DNA from: Oculina patagonica
Lineage: Eukaryota
Assembly: GCF_052425735.1 (NCBI RefSeq)
Contig: NC_135770.1
Span: 5,704,001 to 5,768,000 of the forward strand
Length of the DNA: 64,000 nucleotides
Direction of reading: 5' to 3'
The notes beneath the pieces were generated by a model. That model saw nothing but the letters and a program-made list of their open reading frames with translations. It was not told the origin of the DNA and searched no databases. Shown here piece by piece: positions 49,401 through 60,449 of this stretch. The stretch's first letter is position 1. Each line of letters starts with the position of its first letter. Position numbers and translations under genes: made by a program.

Positions 49401-52400
49401 AATCAAAGCTCGAGGTAATAAATTATTATGCATGCAGCCAGCACCAAGTGTGGGAACATGTGTGAGTGAGACATGATTGGTCTTGGTTTTACTTCTGATT
49501 GGACAAGACCAAAGCAAATGCGGGTTACTTTTGACACTCATTAATAAATGAAAATTGCTCTATCTTGCAAAATAGCTAGAAAGTGATTCTACGAAGTGAA
49601 GATAAGGTAACATAATTTTGTATGCTGGGGGGGGGGGGGGGGGGTACAAACTTGCCCTGCAGCATACATAATTTTGAGGTACTCTTGCTTTTATCATCCT
49701 TGCTTTCAAGTTGTTTGTGACATACTCACATGAAAAGTTCATTTTTAGACATTATATTTATGGACAATTTCCTATTTTGAAATAATAACAGAGTCCATTT
49801 TAGTTGTAACTGATTCTCCCAAACGTGATAATCGTAGCATCATAATGATATGAAAAAATCTCATATGCGACTACAAAACTAGTTTCGTCAAATTTAAAAA
49901 TTCCTTAAAAAATCAATTAATTCTTTACACTAAACAGAAAATCTGATGACATTTTTGTAATTTGCATACAATTTTACTTTTTAGTAAGGAAAATTATACA
50001 CCATTTGAGACAATATTTTAAAAATACACTAAAAATGACAGCCTCCAAGAATACCTTAAATAAGTAGGGCCATTTTTATTACATTTTAACATTTACGTGT
50101 CTGTTATTTTGTACGTTAACCTAGCTTTTCTTCTAATCCATCTTCTTTATAAAATAATTTGACTTATCCTGCCATTGATTAACTTACCTGGTAAATTTGA
50201 TTTGATAATAATGCTGTTGATCTAAAATCCCAGACCATGATCCCTTTGTCTGTAGAATTCCTTCTCACAACCTCAGCAGCAGAAATAAATTCCTCACCCC
50301 CGGGAAGAAATGCTATGTCCTGCACTTGGCCAAAAAATGCTGAGTAAGTTGTTGCAACCTGTTGATGAAAATTGCACTTGCCGATTAAGAAAATATTTAA
50401 GTTAACTTGTGCCTCTACAATAACAATACAATCTTTATTACGAGAAATATGGTCAGCAGGCTTAGCTGAAAAGCTAGTTTACAGGTGCGCTACGAAATAA
50501 GAATACAAAATAGAACAATAAAAACTTCCTCAGAAGTGTATAAATTAAGTAAGTGCTACAATATTGTTTAACTAAGAATAAAATATAAAAATTACTGCTA
50601 AAAAAAGAAAATATAATAATAATAATAAAAATTGTCACAATTCTTCAATGGTCACAGCCTGTAAGGTTTAATGTTCTTAAATTGTTCTTAAAAACCGTAT
50701 ATGTTTCTGTCTTTCTTGATTCATCTGCGAAAAATTCCACATTTTCGATGCAGTGTTTGTCCACGATTTTAAGCTGTAATTAAAATCATTCACTGTTTTC
50801 CGGGATCTTTTCCGAAGTTAAGAATATTTAAAATTCGACGTTTCGATCAGTTTCACTGATCTTCTTCAGGCTGTTGTTAAAATGACAATATGGCGGACTG
50901 TTTCCTATTGTCATTTTAACAACAGCCTGAAGAAGATCAGTGAAACTGATCGAAACGTCAAATTTTAAATATTCTTAACCTCGGAAAAGATCCCGGAAAA
51001 CAGTGAATATTTTAATTTCTTAAGATGAGAGGTGAAAGTTTCAGAAATAGGATTTAAGCCGTAAGTTGTTGATTTTACTTTTGGAAGGTCCACAATTGTG
51101 GTGCCCCTGAGGTTATAAGTGGAGCGTCTTACTGTAATGAAATCATGTAAGCTTGCAATTGCAGCATCGCTCTAGTTATATTGCCTCATTGTGCTGTTCA
51201 ATAACATGGAAACTCACAAACTCTGTGCTTTATTAATTATAGATGTTAACTAATAATTGTTGCATTTTATTTTGCCATCAATCATCTGAGCAGAAATTTC
51301 AAAAAACAAATAATTTAATTAATTTTAATGGGGTCAAAAGTTCATTTCTTTGGGTTGTGTTTGGTGGTTTTTGATCCAGTTTGTTTGTTTTATATGAATG
51401 TTTATTTTTTGGATCGAACATACTTTGGAGAGGGGTTGGGTAAAAATTCCTGTGCAGCAATTAAAAGAACAAAAGAAAACTAAGCCTTCTTTTTGAGCCA
51501 CAAAAATACCTAACAACTCAAAAAATTAATCCTACACAGAACTGAAGTTGTAGGAAAATATTTTGTTAAAAAAAATTGCCCCCCGTCCTCTCTCCTGAAA
51601 AATTTAATTGATTATCCCTAACGGTCTGTTGGTTGCCATGGTAATCTTAATAATTATAACAATTACTATTAATAATAATTAATTAAAAATTATTGTTGCC
51701 AGTGTAAAAAGCAACCATTACTACTGTTAAAATGTCAAAAACCATCCAAGCCAGGCTTGAAAAAGTTAACAGCATCACAACACACATTAAAGTCCATAAT
51801 TTGACAGTGACCTCCCCTAGAAAATTAAACCATTATTATTGTTGGAATTTTCTATGATCAAATTTCATTTTTGAGCTTTTGTCAGAAATGGCTTGAAAGA
51901 AATGACAGTGCACCTTTAAACTATTACATACTTACGTTTCCAGTTCTTGTGTCCCAGCATAGTATGGCAGATTTAAACGTCCCAGCTAGGAAAAGGGCAG
52001 GTTCTGTGGGATGAAACTGAACACAGGTCACATAGTTCTTGTGTGGAAATGCTTTCATTTCCTGACCTGTCGTAAAAAAAGGCAAGTGGTCTAAGTTTGA
52101 TAATAATACAAACTAAATTGACAACATGTCTGGTAAAATTTCCAGGAAAGTTTAAAATGGTCTATACCTGCAAGTACAAAAAAATGTCATAGAAGCAGGG
52201 AAGAAGAATATACTAGCTTGCAGCAAGCATCATCAGGGCTCGACAAAAACTTGAATTCCAACTTGCCCTTCGGGCAAGCAAGACTCAAAACTTTTTGCCC
52301 GAGCCGATTTCCCACTTACCCGCATTAAAAAAATAAAGTAAGAAATAAGCTCATTAATAATTCATAATCCTCGGATGATTAGATCTCTTTAAAGTGTTTT

Positions 52401-55400
52401 ATGATTGCTTTACTTCGTTTGAATGTTTTCCTCACATAACATGGTAAATCATCCATATTTCCTATGCTATTGTCAATATACACTTTACATAATTATTGTA
52501 GTTGCCGTGGTGTACAATGTGGGAAAAGTGAGAGGTTTATGCAAGCTTTATTTAATGTGAGTTTACTGCCCAGCAAATATGTTTTTTCGCTTAAAAGAAG
52601 AATGTCACCAGAATTTAAAGCTTGCCCAAAGTCGTCTTGTGCAAGGGTCTCCCACTTTGTAATGCGAACCTTGCGAATTTCGTGCAATTCGTTCGCTTTT
52701 TTTTTCAATTTCTTTGATTACAAACACTCAGAGTATTCAGTTCAGTGAATAAAGATCTATAAACTGGGAACAAGATAAAATTTACGCTTTTCCGATCAGA
52801 AAACCATTTTGAAGTGAATAAACCATCCAACTCCATTCCAACAATTGAAGTGACTGATTGGTTTTCTTGTTCACATATTTTTTTTCCCAAACCGGCATGT
52901 TGCGAGACTGCACGGCGGAATGTTTATTTTTGGCATTGGAAGACACTAAACTGGTTTCTCATCAGTGGTGGTTATTTTATGAGGATTATATTTTTGATGT
53001 TTGTACAAATGAAAAGAACTTGGTTTCATTAATTTTTGGGAGGTTCACTGAAAATTTATTTCGCTGATCTAAAGCATCAGCCTAGTTGTCTACACTGCGT
53101 TCGTGCAAAATTCTTACCCTGTTTATAAGTATAAAGAAATTTGATACGGTCAGATTTTAGTCTCATGCTAGGCAACCAGGCAATCACAGTGCAGACCTTC
53201 GAACTGGAACGGTAACGATTTTTTAAAACGTTTTGGAAGATTTTTCGTTCAGCTTTTTCCGGAAAAGGCTCATGCTTTGACAGCTCCGACTTCAGGTTTC
53301 GGTTTCAGCGGATGCAAGACAAAGTACCGGGTAACTGAAAGTAACGTTGAACTGCAACACTTTTGTTCAGATTCAATTTTAGAGCCTTTCCGTTCATTCA
53401 AATTGAAGTTTTGTATTCATATTACCCAACAGAACGGATGCAAAAAAAGTTTGCGAGTTTGTTCAGTGCACACCAACTCGCAATATTTTACGCTTGAACA
53501 AACACGGTAAAATTTTAGCCTTCACAGATCACACTTCAATGCACTTAGGGACGGACCATTAGAAATAACCGGAGGGGGGGTGACTTTTACCAAAAAAAAA
53601 TTCCTGCAAGGGGAACTTGTCGAAAAAAAAAATCCTGCAAGCGGTTGTGCCCGAAAAAAAAATTTGTGCAACGGAATTACCAGTAAGTGTTGTATGATGG
53701 CATCTATAAACGTCCATCAGAATGGCTAAAATAGCGTTTCTGAGGTTCTGAAAATTAAAATTTTCCCGGGGGAGCATGCCCCCGGACCCCTCTAATTTGT
53801 CATGTTACCGAGAGAACAGCTTCAGCTTAATCCTATCAACTATTTGGTTGCAAACACACGTGACCCACCCTAACAATCACGTCCCATCAGTAAACAGTTA
53901 ATCAAAAGCACAAACAGTATTACCGGTATTATTATCACTATAAACTGCAATTATGTCTGATATTCTAAAGTTTAGCTTGATAAGTTTTAGTTGTCATCTT
54001 TTTCATCTTTTTTGTTGAGGAACCAGGGTAAAAATTTCTAATAAGGAGGGGGGGGGGGGATTATATTTAACAGGCACTTTCTAAAAAATCCCTTCAGCCC
54101 CCCAACCCCATAAAAATGAACAGTCCCTAAATGTCGCTTAATTCAAAGAACAAATCTGAAAAATGAAACAATAATGATATTTAATAATGATAATAATATT
54201 GTTGCGCAAATCATAGATGCATTACAAAAAAAAAAGCCTGTATCTTTGTGCGAAAAAAATTAGTGCAAAGCTTGTGCCCCAGAAAAAAAATTCCTGCAGA
54301 CAAGTAGGCCTTCAAAAAAAATTCCTGCACCGAAATTTTTTTACCCCCCTTCGGTTATTTCTAATGGTCCGTCCCTTAGTCAATGTTTAGAAGACACATA
54401 TTTTAAGATGTGTAGTACGTTAGAAAAAGTCATTTCAGCGATTGTGTGACTGACAAATGATTGACATTTTTCACAGTTTAAGCATTACGAAACAGTTGTT
54501 TTACGATGTCTGTAGTTCTGATTATTTTTTCATTTAATTGATGGAGGGTTTTGCCCGGGCGCTTGCCCATCGGGCAAGTGACCATGAAAAGTTACTTGCC
54601 CGGCCTCGAAAACTACTTGTCCCGGACGACCGGACGGGGGTTTTGTCGAGCCCTGATCATGCTCTCTACTATTTCAAGCATTAATTTTCAAGTAAGACTG
54701 TCTTACTGTCTAGCACCAAATGGATGTCCCTGTTCACTTCTAGTAGCCTCTCATCCCTTCTCCATGGTAGCCTACTATAAGGGCCAATTTACACGGTATG
54801 ATTTCCTTGCATGCCGTCAAGCTTACAACAGGCCCATGGCATGACTTAGGACCATTTACTTGTGTGCATGTCTGTCGTAAGGATGTGGTAGGTTCAGATT
54901 TACACAATACAATTTGTGTTGTAGTCGTGGAAAAAATGTCTTACATGCAATAATCGTAGACAAATTGTACCGTCCATTTCACCCCAAATGTCATTACCTG
55001 TTTCCAAATTAAAAAGTCTCGCAGTTTTATCATATCCACAGCTCAAAACTTGCGATCCACACAAGCTCCACCTAGAGTCTTTGACGGCTTCAGCATGACG
55101 TGTTAATCTTCGGGTGCAGGCCCCGCCTTTGTGTGTGTCCCAAACACTAACCACGTGATCCATTGACGCAGACAACAACAAATTGCTCTCTGCTGGATTC
55201 CATCTGACGCAGTTGACCCCCTGCGAATGTCCTTCAAGATTTAGCTGCAGCTGTTTAGGTGGTCTACACACAAGATCTGCAGTCTTTCTGCTTGAAATTT
55301 CAGTTTTTTGTTCAGAATTAAGTGTAACCCCTTTCAATGAGCCATCACAATCAATCTTTTCTAACTGATGATTTGTTAAAAGCGGTGCAGCCGAGGTTGC

Positions 55401-55808
55401 AGCATTTGTTTGAGTTAATCTCTCTCTTTCTCTCTTTGACACGTAAGGTTTAACACTCGGCCCCGAAATACTCACATTTGTATTCGTTCTTCGCGCCAAT
55501 GATCCGACGAAAGATGAAGTATTCTTGTCGTTAGTCTGTTTAACAACTTGAGACTCAAAGCGATCAGAGTGATTTGAAGCACTAGTACTGCAAGTTGTAA
55601 TTTGTTTTGATTCAGAGACTTTCCTTCCGAGTATTCCACTAGAATTCAAAAGTTTTTGAGAAGGTTTTAGAATTTTATCCCCTGGCTGTCTGCTGTTTCC
55701 TGCTTGTCGAACACTATTGCCATCAACTTCTGTTACCTTTTGTTTCTTGTTTTTCGGTGACTCGTCATCGGAAGACGAACTGCTATCGTACGCACACAAA
55801 CTCTCCAT
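46476..55808 (-). CDS. WDR25: WD repeat-containing protein 25; exons 55808-54998, 52066-51936, 50358-50188, 49036-48896, 46697-46476 (1476 nt, 491 aa)
   Basis: All introns GT-AG with consistent phases; ...LSNQIYQEAFTC..L.VHP....F.AQSNG.YIALFS...RYEGHKVSGY.IGC..SPDG...SGSADG...YHP.LPS..ASCGWDG..K.W matches the WDR25 C-terminus as I recall it. Confidence 0.92.
46716..47396. mobile_element. Tc1/mariner-type MITE in WDR25 intron 4
   Basis: ta-cagttaaacctctc ... agaggttcgattg-ta; internal ~130-bp tandem duplication. Confidence 0.7.
48187..48512. repeat. Near-perfect palindromic MITE (arms ~135 bp) in WDR25 intron 4
   Basis: ggtaatacgagcaacatttttgttcaac...ggtgttgcaagttg mirrored by caacttgcaacacc...gttgaacaaaaatgttgctcgtattacc. 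Confidence 0.85.
50788..51008. repeat. Inverted repeat (103-bp arms) carrying Penelope-type hammerhead-like cores, inserted in a decayed LINE 3' end
   Basis: Arms 50788-50890 / 50906-51008; CTGAAGAAGATCAGTGAAACTGATCGAAACGTC at 50927-50959 (+) and 50837-50869 (-). Confidence 0.7.
52234..54655. mobile_element. hAT-like non-autonomous element (CAGGGCTCGACAAAA TIR, 5-bp direct repeat ATCAT) in WDR25 intron 1
   Basis: TIRs and subterminal cttgccc/gggcaag motifs. Confidence 0.75.
53548..54375. mobile_element. Harbinger-type MITE (GGGACGGACCATTAGAAATAACC TIR, TTA TSD) nested in the hAT-like element
   Basis: TIRs and TSD visible. Confidence 0.8.
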
Positions 55809-55949
55809 ACTTCGCTGAAATCTTGTGGCGTTTAAATATGGACAATGTGAACTGCACTGCACTGCAGCAGAAACAACAAACTGATATGAGATCCTTGCAA
55901 TGGAAAACATGCACATGTACTCGTTCGCCTACTAGTTCTCTCACGGGCC

Positions 55950-56050
55950 ATCCGCCATTTTGACATTTGTTAGACAATTTGTTCCCAGGGTCCCTCGAGT
56001 CTCACAATTCAAGATGGCGGCTAACCCGGAAGTACAAGCTTTTGGCGGGA
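55950..56050. promoter_or_regulatory. Putative WDR25 promoter motifs (YY1-like CCGCCATTTTG and CAAGATGGCGG; ETS-like CCGGAAGT)
   Basis: Conserved with 310-775. Confidence 0.5.
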
Positions 56051-57592
56051 AACCTCACCGTCGACACAATTTAATGATCATTTTGATCAAGATCAAGTTT
56101 GATTTTCCGAAGTTTCATTTGTGAAATGACGTCAAGAAAATAATCACAATTTTTTTCATTGACTGAGCATTTGTTTGATACCATATTTGTAGCAGTTACT
56201 GATAAACATTTGTAGCACTGACCCATCAAAGTATGAGCTGAGAGCTGGAAAGTGCTGGAAAACAAATAATTTAAACTAGTAATACGTGACTCGCAGGGCC
56301 TCGCGAAGCTCTGGGTTGGGAAGGGAGGGGGGGGGGGTGTTATAAATAAGGAGTGATAACCGGTTTTAACCGGTGATTTGTCATTGTTGCCTAGTAACGG
56401 ACATGGCAGCGACACCCTCGTTCCCAGGGTCTACTCCGCTTTGAAAATGGCGGCTCTTTCTGGTTCGTAAAGAGGCATAAAGCGTTGGGAAGCGCAGGCT
56501 ATTTTCAAAATCATCGACAAATTATTGGATATTCGCATTTTGGACATTTATTTCAGGACATTAAAAAAAAAAAAAGAAGAACGAACGGCAGGAGGATTCG
56601 AACCCTCCGCCCGCGCGCCCCTGATGGCCATGCAGCCATGAAAGGTTTATAGCCTGAATAGGTGTTGAGGGAGTATCATGTGGAAATCAGTGTTATTTTA
56701 ATCCGAAAAGAAAAACGATAAAAATGAAAGGCTCAGGATTCGAACCCACAAAAAAAATAATATAAAAAAAAGAAAAAAAAAAGAAAAACCTTAGCCGGAT
56801 TCGAACCCCCGCCCTCAGTCCCGAAGATCTGATTTGAAGTTCGACGCCTTACCATTAGGCCACCAGCGCGCGGCCGTGTGACGTCATTTCCGCCAGACAC
56901 CAAGCTCACAAATATATATATATATATGACCGTAAACTTCACACGAGATTTCATCCCGCCTGAGCCCTGCTTTGAGGAACAAAATTATACACCCCGCTAC
57001 GCTCGGCCTTCGGCCTCGCTTCGCGAGGAAAAACAACAAAGAAGACAAAACTTTGAATTTCCGTGGTGTTTTCAAGAAGACCCATTAACTATTAAAGTGC
57101 TTTAATTGACATCATTAGTCTATCATTTAGCTGTAAAGAAAAACTCAAAAACATTGAAAACCGGTTCACTGTCACAAACATCGTATCAACTGCAGCTGTT
57201 AATTTCATTCATCACCTTTAAACAACTAAACCATTAAAAAGTTATCAATAACTAACTGTTTATTTTTGTCATTTTTGCCTCATTCAAGTTTTTGTCTTAT
57301 ATGCATTCAAATTGGAACATAAAATTATATTTAGACTCAATGACTGACTGAGATCTCAGAAGTTTATTGCTATTGGGGTAGGGCTGACTTCACAAAATTG
57401 TGCAAACCCTCCTCGAATTCCCTCAATCCTCCTACCACCCCCTTCCCCTTTTTACGCCTGCTACACAGGCAAGCAAAACATTGTTTTAAAACTGTTACGC
57501 GTTGACCACTTAGATTTTTTAATTTTACAGATCTATTCAGACAGTTCATCAAACATGTCTAAGAGTCTACGTTCATATTTCATCAAGGGTAA

Positions 57593-58499
57593 GGGACCGA
57601 TCGTTTATTACGTCCCAGGGGGGGGGGGGGGCGGTTTTTTTTTTAAAAAGTGTAGTGTTTCAAAACTGAACCCCCCAAAATTATTTTCATATAAAAATTA
57701 TACCCCCCCTTCGTAATTCTTATTTAAAAAATGTACCCCACCCCCTCGACCAGGCCATAATTCTCTCTTTTCTTCCTTGCAGATTTTTTATTTTGTTGAT
57801 ATAGCCAATCAACATCGCTGCTACGTATTTAACTGATCGAGGTTTAATATCATATGTAGCCATTCTCAATGAACTTCACTGAATACTCCAGCAAATTAAT
57901 TTCTTTCCACCACACACTCAAACCATACCGTAAAACACAGCACTGTGTCGCGATGTCGCTTGTTTCTGAAGACCAATGCCGCATGAACAACAGTTGCAGA
58001 TGTTGCTGACGTTTTTCGTTGGTAGTGTATTATCACCATCGGTTATTTTTTTTTAGGAGAAACTGTTTTGTCACAGGGTTGTTTATACGGGACTCCAATG
58101 AGATTCAGTTTGTAAAAAGTTTGATGAAGGTGAATGTGAATTTTGTTAGGGGGGTCCGGGGGCATGCTCCCCGAGAAATTTTGAAAATCTGAGCTATCAG
58201 AAATGCCAGTTCCTGTATTCTGAGTCACTTTCATGCTTGGTTTATGGTATATTTATGAGCCTTTTTTAACGATTATGAGTAAACAACAACAAGAACCGCC
58301 AGCGAGAATTTTTCCTTTTTTTTGGTTTCAGTTATAAAACCTGTTAGACTGCCGTTGCTGTGTCATAAAATTTGACCCCCCTCACGTTTCTCATAAGTGA
58401 AAAACTTACCCCCCAAAAAGGGGCTTGTTTTAAAATTGAACCCCCCCTCCAAAACCACCGCCCCCCCCCCCCCTTGGGACGTAATAAACGATCGGTCCC
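57593..58499. mobile_element. Harbinger-type MITE (GGGACCGATCGTTTATTACGTCCC TIR, TAA TSD)
   Basis: TIRs visible; empty site at ~3802. Confidence 0.85.
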
Positions 58500-60215
58500 T
58501 AATATCTCCTAAGTAACTTTGGCTTCGTAAATTAGTATTTACTCAACCGGTTACCTTCTAGTGCTCAAGGTGCTTTCAGAGCCCAGCTGGAAACAATGCT
58601 GCTAATTAAGGGACGAGGCAGTTAGTTTTTCACGTGATTAACCTCTTCTCGGCATTCCCGGCAGCTTTTACTGAACTACATACACTTCATATGAGTAAAA
58701 AGGTATTTCTTTTGAAGATAAGTATATCTTATCTTATCTTAATGGGCACACACTGCTCCCACGAGCCGGCCCAGATTGCCCCAGAAACCCACGATTCACT
58801 GAGACATAACGACTGAACGAGTTCCTCAGTGAAGCAAAAAATCTCCTAAGTAACCACCGGGATGGTTACTTTGGTGTATCGGTAGGAAGGTGTATCGGTA
58901 TGTAACCTATATATTAACAGCATTTGAAAGCTAAGAATCAAGCTGTTTTTCCTCCGTAATAATGGCGAAATATCTCTGTGTTTTTTGTGTGGACAGAGAA
59001 ATACTCTGAAAGCGCTTTCAAGGAGCTACGTCACGGACAATGCATCTCGAAAAAATTAAGCAATTTTTTTTCAAGTTTGCTGTTTGTAATCCATCATAAT
59101 TTTCGTCAGTCAATTTTTTGGCTTTTAATTACTTTTCAAGTTGTTGTTTTTCTACCCTGAAAAACTATTATTTTGAGGTTTCCTTCAATTTGAAAGTAAT
59201 CCGAAAGTGAGTTGAAATATCGTGACATTGCTCCTTTAAAAAAAGGAAAATAACTGCAAACAAAAACGCGCGCTAGGGTTTGAATAATAAGATGCATGTT
59301 ATATCCATTTTCAAATTGTGCGTGTCGCCAGGCGTAAAAATCACATGAAAAATCTGCATTAGTAAGCAGATTTAAAACAATAGCCCTCAAAGCTACGACA
59401 CAGCAGATTGACAGCAGACATTAATAACTGGTCATCATGCCCGATAGACCTGACTAAAATTAACAATATTTTTAAAATACGACCCTCAAGGGTCCTCAAG
59501 GCTTCGATACGGCCGACAGTGAGAAATAGTTGCAATGAATATATTTCAATGTAGGCCAATATACCATTCGTTTATTATTAAACAACTCAGAAGGCTGCAA
59601 ACTTCGGAAATGTTAAGTTTTAATCAATGTCAGTAGCGGGGTCGATTATAAAAACTGATAAAAGCAAATGACATCATGTGAGGTATACTTCAAAAAACTA
59701 TAAAATACTGCTTTTAACTTAGAAACTTAAAAATTTCGAACATTTGCGACCCCTACTGATATAGAACGAGTCAAATACTAATGTTACCCAGTGTTTGTTA
59801 CGGATGAATAAAGATAATTATTCAGTATAATTTTTCATTATTAACATCTATTTACTATCGTCTGCTGGATCGGTGCTAAACTCCCACAGTATTCAGTGAA
59901 TCTGCCAGAATCTGACAATGTTCGAGTTTCTTTTCTCTCCTCTCATCTCGGAACTAATAAACAAAGCTTCCACGTCCTGCACGGGAAAAATAATAGAAAA
60001 GCCTCAAAATCTGGCTGCTATAAAAGAAGAATTAAAATTCTAGAAAATATTTCAACATATTTGACGTTAGGCAGTGTGAGATTCTGTAGGACAATGTAGC
60101 CCTATCTCACAAGAAAACAGGTTAAACAAAAGAAACGCGAAGTTTCATAAAAATCCACTGTGCACTTCCACAAAAATAGAAAAATGAAAATTAGAAAAAA
60201 GGTGCACCCACTTGT

Positions 60216-60449
60216 TCAGCCTTGCCGTTCGTCGTGTTCCGTTGGATGGCGCGGATTTTGATTGTACGGGGTTCTCAAGTTTCTGGTTCTCCTCCGGTAG
60301 TTTCGTCTCCGTGGTTCTACAGGCTGTTCTCGTACCGCTCTCGGCTCCCAGTTCATAAGAGCCCTGTACATTTTGATCACGTAACACAGGATCACAAACA
60401 GGATAATAACAAGTATAACACACGCCAAATCTTGAATGGGAAGCTCCAT
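60216..60449 (-). CDS. Small single-pass membrane protein, copy 7 (divergent MELPIQ subtype, 77 aa)
   Basis: LACVILVIILFVILCYVIKMY helix, Arg-rich tail, EHDERQG end; GTGGGT donor at 60211 and candidate acceptor at 60102. Confidence 0.72.
   Translation of the reverse strand: MELPIQDLACVILVIILFVILCYVIKMYRALMNWEPRAVREQPVEPRRRNYRRRTRNLRTPYNQNPRHPTEHDERQG

Noticed and set aside
54900-55916. The 338-aa ORF as a standalone protein
   Set aside because: It is WDR25 exon 1 with read-through into the intron. The paralog supports the start at 55808, and the donor is at 54997.
56008-56125. Divergent gene starting at aagATGGCGG opposite WDR25
   Set aside because: The reading frame is not conserved with the paralogous site at ~733, which stops after 7 codons; better explained as a YY1-like promoter motif.
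56790-56875. tRNA-like sequence on the minus strand with a TCA anticodon-like loop
   Set aside because: A and B boxes are present, but the acceptor and anticodon stems pair poorly and partial GGTTCGAATCC copies lie nearby. It is more likely a tRNA-derived repeat than a Sec or suppressor tRNA; tRNAscan-SE would settle it.
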